In this document: one piece after another, positions 53,173 to 64,000 of the stretch
Numbering within the stretch: position 1 is the stretch's first letter
Layout: each line of letters opens with the position of its first letter
NCBI GenBank assembly: GCA_951406725.2
Contig: OX597817.1
Span: forward strand, 34,844,001-34,908,000
Origin: Octopus vulgaris
Lineage: Eukaryota
Reading direction: 5' to 3'
Length of the DNA stretch: 64,000 nt
Notes under the pieces: model-generated
What the model saw: the letters and a program-made list of their open reading frames with translations, nothing else
The model's database searches: none
Told to the model about the DNA's origin: nothing
Program-made: the position numbers and the translations under genes

Positions 53173-53382
53173 TTGTGTCTGGGGAGAGTCATTTTCTTTT
53201 TGTGCCTTATAATGCAACACACTCACCGGTAAAATTTCCACTTATTTTTATTTTCTTAAAATTTTCGTTGCGTCTTGCAATCTTTTCAATAGTCTTGAAA
53301 ATAAAAGAAATAAGTGGAAATTTTACTGGTGAGTGTGTTACATTATAAGGCACAAAAAGAAAATGACTCTCCCCAGACACAA
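53173..53382. repeat. Fold-back palindrome with ~75-bp near-perfect arms
   Basis: TTGTGTCTGGGGAGAGTC...CCACTTATTT recurs as its reverse complement with 2 mismatches. Confidence 0.95.
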
Positions 53383-54112
53383 CAGAATATGCTTCAACAC
53401 ACGAACTCATATAAAGAATCTTGCAAACCAAATCCAAAAACGAAATATTGACATTCTAAGTTAACCCAAAATTGGTTCAGCTAGAAATCGAAACTATGGC
53501 GCGTTCTCAACTCCCCAGTAACTTACCTCTCGTTCAACTAAAACACGTAGTCAACATAGAGAAAATGAGGTATTCAAATTTGATTATAAAAATATTCTTG
53601 TACTGAGTAACCTTGATACTAACGGAGGGAAAAAAATGAATGAAAATTGAGAAATGATACAAAACAACAAAAACTAGCCTCTTACTTTCTGTTGTTGGTT
53701 TTTGTTTGTTTAATTTTATTCTCTCCGTTTTTTTATTAAACGATCTTAAGATCAAAGGACTATAAATTCGGTCATATGTTTGATGGAAATATTGAAGTTT
53801 TTACAACACAGTTGAATAGCTATTTTCATTAAACTAGGTGCAGGTCAACTGTTAAATCAATTATTTGCAACTATAAATTATATCCTGTAATAAACTAGAT
53901 TTATAAATCATATTCACAATAAACTCAACAATGGCTGACGATCTAAGACATAGTCGCCCGTGGACGTATAAAATAACATCTAGCATGACACACACAAGAA
54001 GAACGAGATGCATTCCGTTACACTTGAGTAATTTATGGACAATACTATCCATTAAAACCACAAACCCATTTCTATGTTTGTTTACTTGTAGTTTTGATGT
54101 TTTGTATTTATT

Positions 54113-54168
<56 letters not shown>

Positions 54169-54194
54169 TGTTGTTGTTGTTGTTGTTGTTGTTG
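54113..54194. repeat. (TAG)n(TTG)n compound microsatellite
   Basis: Seen directly. Confidence 0.95.
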
Positions 54195-54321
54195 ATACAG
54201 TAAGTGTATCCAGATTGGTTTAACGCCATTATAGTTAATGAAGTGAGGGAAAATTTAATTAATAACACTTATGTGGTGAAGAGAAGAAAATATTAGCTCA
54301 ATGACTAATATTCAATTTCAG

Positions 54322-54403
54322 CTTGGCAAGTACGGATGACAACCTACATGTTTCAGTTTTATCAAACCTCCTCAGCGAAACAAAATTTTCCGTCCTTGTC
54401 AAG
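54322..54403 (-). ncRNA. Hammerhead-like motif inside a GGCAAGTAC-bounded hairpin
   Basis: CTGAGGA-GGTTT-GATA-AAACT-GAAAC-AT-GTA; proximal stem I is lost; the outer arms match at 13 of 15 positions. Confidence 0.55.
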
Positions 54404-54725
54404 TCAGTGAAAAAAAGAAAGACTATATTAATGTACAATAATGTACACTCTTAAGCATCAAAGATCATCATAATGAGTGAAAGAAATTATCAAGGGTAAC
54501 GATCCACACAAAATAATTTTTTTTATAGTTAAGGTCGTTATATTTAATGTAATAAGGAAACAAATCTATTTAATTAAATGGTTGATAGAAATCATCGGCT
54601 CAATTATCACTAATCTGGTAAATGCAGATAAAATAATGCTTTACTGAGGATATCTAAAACATCTCTAATATTGTCATCCCTACTTCCTGGTATCAAATCG
54701 AACTAATATTAATCATTGAGCTTAT

Positions 54726-54946
54726 ACTCTCTTTACTCTTTTACTTGTTTCAGTCATTTGACTGCGGCCATGCTGGAGCACCGCCTTTAATCGAGCAACT
54801 CGACCCCGGAATTTATTCTTTTGTAAGCCCAGTACTTATTCTATCGGTCTCTTTTGCCGAACCGCTAAGTAGCGGGGACATAAGCACACCAGCATCGGTT
54901 GTCAAGCAATGCTAGGGGGACAAACACAGACACACAAACACACACA

Positions 54947-55009
<63 letters not shown>

Positions 55010-55173
55010 GACGGGCTTCTTTCAGTTTCCGTCTACCAAATCCACTCACAAGGCTTTAGTCGGCCCGAGGCTATAGCAGAAGACACTTGCCCAAGGTACC
55101 ACGCAGTGGGACTGAACCCGGAACCATGTGGTTGGTAAACAAGCTCCTTACGACACAGCCACTCCTGCGCCTA
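54726..55173 (-). mobile_element. SINE family C, full length
   Basis: Family match ending ctcctgcgcct on the plus strand. Confidence 0.92.
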
Positions 55174-55399
55174 TGCTGCTAATTTTTTTCTTCTTTTTTT
55201 TTCTTGTAACCTATATCTATTACTAATTCAGTTGACTTTTACCTCATCATATGAATGAAATATAACGGTATTAACTTGACTGCTGTTTTTCGTGCAGATG
55301 TTTTTCCTGTCTAGTTTTCTTTCACTTAATTTGCACATTTTTTACGTCTACTCATTTACATTATTGTAATCAGTATAGTTATTCTCTAATCGCTAATCC

Positions 55400-55477
55400 G
55401 GCAAGTACGAAGAAGGCTGTATTTCGCTGAAGAGCGTTAATAATACTGAAACATATCCGAAATTGTCTGTACTTGCC
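55400..55477 (+). ncRNA. Hammerhead-like motif of the same family as 54322-54403
   Basis: GGCAAGTAC...ATTTCG-CTGAAGA-GCGTTAATAATACT-GAAAC-AT-ATC-CGAAAT...GTACTTGCC. Confidence 0.6.
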
Positions 55478-56959
55478 AATTTCAGATTACATTAATATCT
55501 TCATTGAACTAATATCTTTTCCTTATCTTTACCACGTTAGTGCTAGTAACTAATTAACTTCTTCAAATTTATTGGTTCAGCGTCATTCTACCGGCTAAAG
55601 CTTTTACAGTTCCTATCCCTGTTTCGACGCTTTGTCTATGATAATCAAAACAATTAACTATCGATGGTTCAAGCCTCCTTTTTTGCAGCAGTTGTACTTT
55701 GTTCACTACTCTAAGTATTAAGATGGTTTAAAAATAAAGTGATTGCATTAGCTACAGCGTGATTTGAAGTATTCTATGGGTCCGGACAAAGCAACAAGAA
55801 GTTCCTCCAGTGCTCAATAGCAAACTACTGTCCAAAATCTTTTGAGTCTTTCCAATGGATTTTCTTCCGCTTCTGATTATCAGCCATATTTGAAGGTTCG
55901 TGTAAAACACAAAATCACATATTAAAATTCTGATAAACAGGGAATCACCATAAATGTGAATATCTTCCTTGATATTCCGGATTCTACTACTCAATAAAAC
56001 GTTGAGGCTGTAAATATTACAGGGACGCAATTCGACAAGAATCTTTGTTTAAATTTGTGAACATTGTATAAATGTCTGTAGGCATATTGAAAGATTGCTA
56101 TATAAAATGTTTATGGATCTTTTCTGTTGGGTTACCACTTTCAATTTCTTCAATAGTTGTGGCAATTGAATTCATGTTTGGTGTATTGGTGTAGTTTTGC
56201 ATGGTAATCATTGACATGAAATTCCTCTTCGCCATATATTAATAAATAAAGAGTTAATGGTTTTTAAAGTTTGAAATTTGGGGTAATTTTAACCAATCGA
56301 AATCCAGACATATAGGTGCCTGTCTCCATAGTAACAAGCCAAGCTGGTACCAAGTTGCTTACCTACGTTATTTTTCGCTTATTAAATGCTTAAAACACAT
56401 GAGGTATGAGGTGGTCGGGAGATGTGCTACAAATAATAGCTAAATAGGCCATAAATCACGTACCAATTCCCCGTGTGTAGAATATAAATTCGCAAAAATT
56501 TTCTGAAAATTCCAAAAGAAAAATAAGTTACGAGGGGATATATGGCGTGCGTAAAACAGAACTCCACCAATATTTCATTTGTTAACAGTAGGCAACACGT
56601 GCAGAAACAGACAAAATGACAGCTTCCAAATGTTGTTTTATGACTAGGTAAAAATGATCAAGCTCAAAACCTCTGTATCTTGTTTTCAAAATTTTCTGGA
56701 GCCCCTGAGATTCAGCGTGGAAAATTACATCAATGCATCAATTTTTTTTTTTTTTTTGGTAAACTTTAAAATTTCCACAGGTGCAATAAAACAAAAAAGA
56801 CCCGTGTTAACATAAGTTTCAAAGAAATAGAAGTAGAAAGATGTCTCAATGAAGAGATTGGACAATGCGATGAAATAATTATTTGACAAAAAAAAAAGGA
56901 AAAAGAAATAACAACACGAACAATAATAATAATACCGAACCAGTGCGTGTGTTTATTAT

Positions 56960-57330
56960 TCTTTTCTACTCTAAGCACAAGGCCCGAAATTTTGGGGGAG
57001 GAGGCCAGTCGATTAGATGACCCCAGTACGCAACTGGTGGTTAATTTATCGATCCCCGAAGCGATGGAAGGCAAAGTCGACCTCGGCGGAATTTGAACTC
57101 AGAACGTAGCGGCAGACGAAATAACCTATTTCTTTACTACCCACAAGGGGCTACACACAGAAAAGGACAAACAAGGACAGACAAACGGATTAAGTCGATT
57201 ACATCGACCCAGTGCGTATCTGGTACTTAATTTATCGACCCCGAAATGATGAAAGGCAAAGTTGATCTTGGCGGAATTTGAACTCAGAACGTAGCTGCAG
57301 ACGAAATAACCGCTAAGCATTTCGCCTGCT
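56960..57330 (-). mobile_element. SINE family D dimer with two different tails
   Basis: Junction gacgaaataacctatttc near 57125. Confidence 0.88.
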
Positions 57331-57876
57331 TTTAGCAATTAAACATCATTAAATTAAGTAAAACTAAAATTTGCTACGTCAGTGATATAGTGAATGCAAA
57401 TGTTACTACTTCTACTTTTGATTTTTTTTCTTTTTCTTTTTTTCTTTTAATAACGGTTCTTAGTTCGAACCCAGTCCGTTATTATTGTACATTTTCAAGA
57501 TGAGGTTAATGGTCCGAAAACTAATAACATTACTAACTAATAACATTATTAACAGACATTATTTATAGAAGTAATTATCTGTGTAATTCGTACTGTTATC
57601 ACGAGAACGTATAATAAATACATCATATATAAAGACATACAGTTTGTGTTAAGATAATATCTTCATAGACATTGGGCTAATATCAGTAGTTATTTTATTT
57701 TAAGTACCGTCAGTAAAAACATTATCTCATATTCATATGTACACTGCCATATCTAAAGAGCCACTTAACCTACTTATGTGCTACTACTACTACTACTACT
57801 ACATACAGCCATACATACATACATATGTATATGTGTCTAATTAACTCGCTAGTGAACGATAACTTCTATATGTTCA

Positions 57877-57911
<35 letters not shown>

Positions 57912-57915
<4 letters not shown>

Positions 57916-58124
57916 CTTTACTACCCACAGAGGGGGCAAACAAGGACAGACAAACGGATTAAGACGATTACATCGACCCCAGTGCGTAACTGGTACTTAA
58001 TTTATCGACCCCGAAAGGATGAAAGGCAAAGTCGACCTCGGCGGAATTTGAACTCAGAACGTAACGGCAGACGAAATACAGCAACGCATTTCCCCCGGCG
58101 TGCTAACGTTTCTGCCAACTCACC

Positions 58125-58126
<2 letters not shown>
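57912..58126 (-). mobile_element. SINE family D monomer in (TA)n
   Basis: Family match. Confidence 0.88.
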
Positions 58127-58208
<82 letters not shown>

Positions 58209-58212
<4 letters not shown>

Positions 58213-58613
58213 GTATGTATATATGTATATAAAATAACGTTTACTAGATAGCTTAACCTACTTATCTTCCGCAATATCATATGGACGTACAATATGAAGT
58301 CACTCATTCTGCCAGAAAGAGCAGTCAAATCTCACTCATATCATACCTTATCATAAATGTATATAAAGCATATAAAATGTCATATTGTCACGGATGGAAT
58401 ACCATTCATGACAGATCTGCTCAATCAGAACTAACTCGAGCCTAAATAACAGCAGTCTAGCAAACCAATTAGACTATTTATGCGCGACAGTATTCACCGA
58501 ATCACTTGATTCACGTATTTACTATGGTTAGTAATGTGATGCTAAATGTCTTATGAAATAAAAGTAATGATGGATCATTTAGTCCTAGTGGCATAAAATA
58601 ATGAATAAATAGA
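58209..58613 (+). repeat. Left arm of a 405-bp inverted duplication
   Basis: Reverse complement of 59913-60318 with few substitutions and one indel. Confidence 0.95.
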
Positions 58614-58615
58614 TG

Positions 58616-59222
<607 letters not shown>

Positions 59223-59912
59223 CTGAAATTAAAATTCATGTCACCGCCACGTCGCTAGGGTTGGATCAATGTATTCAGGGCCTAAGCCAGCCCAGTAAGG
59301 TGTGGCTCTCCTCCCAGCTTTCCAATGTCTGCCCCATTATCCAAGCTATAACAAGTCTACCACCGTTTCTAATCTTTTCCCGCATTTTACACCAGCCGTT
59401 ATTCTCTTTGTACCTGCGAAAAATTAAAAAAATTAAGTACCGGTTGCATACTGGGGTCGATCTAATCGGCTGGCCCCCTTCCCAAGAATTTTGGGCCTTG
59501 TGCCTAGAGTAATGAATATCCTTTTTTTTCAACAAATGTATCGATTTGCGATGAAACATATCTCCAAATACGTTCGTACGAGACGATTTGACATATTTCT
59601 TGTCAAATTATGTATTAAGTCGTACATCACAAAAACCCTCTCGTCTCTCCCACCCAACTCTACCCTATTCTTGTCCTCTATTTGTTTTCTCACCCATAAG
59701 TGATCACACCCGCTCTCTTCAACTTACGTGCTTTTTCTTTTTCATTTTTTTTAAGAGTACCGGGTTTCAGAATTGATTGAGCGTCAGACAAAATACTATT
59801 GCAGTATTTGTTATTTGCATTCTGAGCGTCGGACAAAATACTATTGCAGTATTTGTTATTTGCATTCTGTGTTCAAGTCCCACACAGGTCAACTTTGCTT
59901 TTCTTCCTTTCT

Positions 59913-60318
59913 TCTATTTATTCATTATTTTATGCCACTAGGACTAAATGATCCATCATTACTTTTATTTCATAAGACATTTAGCATCACATTACTAACC
60001 ATAGTAAATACGTGAAATCAAGTGATTCGGTGAATACTGTCGCACATAACTAGTTTAATTGGTTTGCTAGACTGCTGTTATTTAGGCACGAGTTAGTTCT
60101 GATTGAGCAGATCTGTCATGAATGGTATTCCATCAGTGACAATGTGACATTTTATATGCTTTATATACATATATGATAAGGTATGATATGAGTGAGATTT
60201 GACTGCTCTTTCTGGCAGAATGAGTGACTTCATATTGTACGTCCATATGATATTGCAGAAGATAAGTAGGTTAAGCTATCTAGTAAACGTTATTTTATAT
60301 ACATATATACATACATAT
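59913..60318 (-). repeat. Right arm of the inverted duplication, inside a decayed family D SINE
   Basis: The SINE core (ggtcaactttgcttttcttcctttc) precedes it and the SINE continuation (accagtcaaacaccgaggtcaatttaatc) follows. Confidence 0.92.
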
Positions 60319-61686
60319 TTACCAGTCAAACACCGAGGTCAATTTAATCAACTAATAACTCACACCAAATCCATGACCTTATATTTTTAGTTGGATTAAG
60401 AAATTTGTTGAGATTTTGCGTGGTGCTCCTTGATTTTAGCGCTCTGGAAGATGGTTAAATTTGCCTAGAGCCAGCCTTGCACATCACCGAAGACAAGGTC
60501 TTTGGAATAGCTTTACCACATCCTATAGAATTAGATTTATTTGTTTCACTCAATGCTCTTACAATAGAATAATCTTTTTAATGTAAAAACAATGATCGTT
60601 ATACCGAAATAGAAAGATGTAGAAGCGAAGCGAAATTCCAGGCGTGCTAGCAAAATGTAAAATGTTGGCTGGAGGTACAACTGGAGAGTTTTTGAAAACA
60701 ACCTAAATTAATAATTTCGACAAGTACAATAAACTACTACAGACATTGCCTATATGAAACTAATATGTAAACCATTACGCATGCGTCATATGTCCAATAA
60801 TTAGCGAATAGTTGGAAAAAAATTAGCATAATTTTGAAAATTAATTATCGAGATTAATTACTCAAAGACGCCATCTGCGTGAAAAACAATAGTTAAGTTT
60901 GTGTTACCATGTGTAATGTAGTGAGTGTCAAAAATATTATAAGGAAAGATGCGTTGACGTCACTTGAAAGGTGAACTAAGCCATTCAATAAATAGACATC
61001 GATAAAATGAAAAGCAGATTAAATCCTGGGGTTGATAAAATTGACTAAAAACCAATTTTTAAATGCGATGCTCCGGCGTCAAAAAATATCCAGTCTGTTT
61101 AGGATATTTAACACATCTTTTTGAATCTTAGTCATAGAATGATGTCAAAATAACACTAAAAAATTATTCAAAAACATACAATAATTTTATTGCTTCATTA
61201 CAAATTTCAGTGCAGTATTGTTGTTATTGTCCTCCTCCTCCTTCTTCTTCCCGTGATGTTCAGCTCCCGACTGAACAGACTTATGGTCAAAGGTGTTCCA
61301 GCTATAACCATTATACCCTTCCCTTACACATTGTATATCTGGGATGTTCTTTCTTTTTCAAGACGATGGTATGCAATTTGAAAGAGATTTTGTTACTATT
61401 TTTAGCAGCTCCAGCAACCACTTATAAGTTCTTTTGTTAGCTCGATGTCCTACGTACGCTAGATCAGACTGATCTTAATAAAATGTCGCAATCATGGTGT
61501 TAATTCTTACAACACATTTTCATCAACTGTAATAATCATACATTTTAAACATTAAGTTACCAATGTGGTTGTTTGTCAATGTTAGAACTCAACACTAGAG
61601 CGCCAATAATCTCGCAATAAAATTTGGTCCGTAGTTATACTACATAATTTTTGTTGCTTTATATTTTTATTATATTTTCTTCATTT

Positions 61687-62071
61687 GTGGAGGCGCAATG
61701 GCCCAGTGGTTAGTGCAGCGGACTCGCGGTCGTGGGATCGCGGTTTCGATTCCCAGACCGGGCGTTGTGAGTGTTTATTGAGCGAAAACACCTAAAGCTC
61801 CACGAGGCTCCGGCAGGGGATGGTGGTGATCCCTGCTGTACTCTTTCACCACAACTTTCTCTCACTCTTACTTCCTGTTTCTGTTGTACCTGTATTTCAA
61901 AGGGCCGGCCTTGTCACTCTCTGTGTCACGCTGAATCTCCCCGAGAACTACGTTAAGGGTACACGTGTATGTGGAGTGCTCAGCCACTTACACGTTAATT
62001 TCACGAGCAGGCTGTTCCGTTGATTCGGATCAACCGGAACCCTCGTCGTCGTAACCGACGGAGTGCTTCCA
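61687..62071 (+). mobile_element. SINE family A, full length
   Basis: Near-identical to the copies at 11353 and 17656. Confidence 0.92.
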
Positions 62072-62599
62072 TTCCATGAAAAAAAAAAAAAAAAGATGTA
62101 TATGGAACCATACCATTGTTGTCTAACATCGAGTCAGTCTTAATATCACAAGTGACTAAATATATGTAGTTCCTGATGTTTCCCTATCATTTTAGTAGTC
62201 AATGTGCGCAAAAAATCTTATGGAGTACAGACTTTTGCTTATCTTGCAGAAATAAGTGCGCGCTAATGTATAAGTAAAATAATTAATAACTGATCAAGAT
62301 ATTAATTACTAAATTATTTTAGGCAATTAACTTCTTAGTTTAGCATTAATTTCCTGTGCGCCTTTTAATTTATTTTGTGCATTGCTGATTGCAAAACATG
62401 CACCAACTTGGAAGAAACATTGTTCCATTTACATATTTATGCATTTTAATATATATATTTTAATCTTATTATGCTATTAGTTGATTTGTAATTGGTCTTG
62501 GTATTGCACTAGATAAGGCATCTGTTTCATAACCAAGCAAACATGCTACGATATCTTTATAAAATACCATTAAAAAAAATTATACTTGAAAGATGACCT

Positions 62600-62860
62600 T
62601 TGTAGGCCTTACTAAGCCAGTGGACATCTATTTGTCAGTGTCTGCATTTGCAAGAAAATACAACCTGGTTGCGAAAGGAATTATAGAAGGCTGCATTTCT
62701 AATTGGGAATGATTAAGTAAAATGTTTAGTATGAGATCAGCAAAGTGATACACAAATGGGATGATAAAAGAGAAACAAGATGTTCTAAGTAGGTGGACAA
62801 GGACAAGCAAAAACTTAGTTTAGAGGAGCATTAGAGAAATTAACGTCTATTGGTACCGAA
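62600..62860 (-). mobile_element. Decayed CR1/L2-group LINE 3' end
   Basis: HPICVSLC*SHTKHFT*SFPIRNAAFYNSF remnant. Confidence 0.45.
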
Positions 62861-62887
62861 AACATGGACAGCTTGCCTCTCTATACC

Positions 62888-63334
62888 TATTTCTTTACTA
62901 CCCACAAGGGGCCAAACATAGAGTGGACAAACAAGGACAGACAAACGGATTAAGTCGATTACATCGACCCCAGTGCGTAACTGGTACTTAACTTATCGAC
63001 CCCGAAAGAATGAAAGGCAAAGTCGACCTCGGCGGAATTTGAACTCACAACGTAACGGCAGACGAAATACCGCTAAGCACTTCGCCCGGCGTGTTAACGT
63101 TTCTTATTTCTTTATTGCCCACAAGGGGCTAAACATAGAGAGGACAAACAACGACAGACAAATGGATTAAGTCGATTATATCGACCCCAGTGCGTAACTG
63201 GTACTTAACTTATCGACCCCGAAAGGATGAAAGGCAAAGTCGACCTCGGCGGAATTTGAACTCACAACGTAACGGCAGACGAAATACCGCTAAGCACTTC
63301 GCCCGGCGTGTTAACGTTTCTGTCAGCTCGCCGC
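62888..63334 (-). mobile_element. SINE family D dimer with one flanking TSD
   Basis: GCCTCTCTATACC at 62875-62887 and 63333-63345. Confidence 0.9.
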
Positions 63335-64000
63335 CTCTCTATACCAATAATTCTACTGTAACGGCGATAGAATAGGTTGTGCGCCTCTGGGTAAGTAAAT
63401 GTAACATAATGGAGAATGAACCCTTGCCAGTCAGCCACATGGATTTTTTAATATGCTGCCTAAGATGTTTGTGTAGCAATAACATCATCCGAATTATATG
63501 AGAAGTACTCAAATAAGATATTTAAATTTTGTCATGAATTAACAACAGATCAGAGTTGATGTATCCATGAAGAGAAAGCCCAGTCTTAAAGAAATTGGAA
63601 AGAACCACGAAAGTTACTTGGGAATTGCAAGACAGGGCACCAACGTTCAGTAATGCATTGGTGAAAAATTCCCTACCCAGTCCAATTCTAAACAAAACAA
63701 CTGAACTTATTCCGACATGCTAGGATAAGCCTAGGTTTCTACTCATGAACTTCAAAGCAGACTCTCCTGGTAAATAAGGAACAGCAAATTTTCTCAGAAC
63801 CAACATGATTATCTGAAAACACGCCGAATGTCATTTAAACTGTTCACATGTTATCAATCGTTATCAATCGTCACTTCTCAATTTATTGATGTGTAGAGTA
63901 AATGATCGATTGAACGAAACTGTAGATCAGTTGTGTAGTCTTTTTTTTAACCTTACATATAACAAACTTGTTTCAAAATCTACACTTCTTGGAGAGTATT

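Noticed and set aside
55750-56235. Stop-riddled minus-strand frame (MAKRNF...FLLLCPD) as a transposase
   Set aside because: No convincing DDE motif, and it crosses the putative element end at 56115.
61687-61765. tRNA-Arg gene
   Set aside because: It is the head of a multi-copy SINE; I see no proper acceptor stem and the SINE body follows.

Overview
This is AT-rich, microsatellite-dense eukaryotic DNA. Its tRNA-derived SINE families resemble those of octopus, an inference from my recall of the repeats. I find no well-supported host gene, only one weak exon candidate at 18732-18917; nearly all listed ORFs are microsatellite, SINE or antisense artefacts. The window is a transposon graveyard: a Penelope-like element, Gypsy (Mag-like) remnants, CR1-group, Tx1, RTE and R4/Dong LINE fragments, about 40 SINE copies, a Tigger-type MITE and a probable Merlin element. 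Most notable: (1) several minimal type I hammerhead ribozyme motifs, one with a compensatory A3-U8 core; (2) a SINE that forms head-to-tail arrays at two fixed junctions, often against older copies of itself; (3) a 405-bp inverted templated insertion; (4) R4/Dong-type LINEs sitting in different microsatellites. Coordinates were read by eye; boundaries not fixed by a TSD or motif are approximate.
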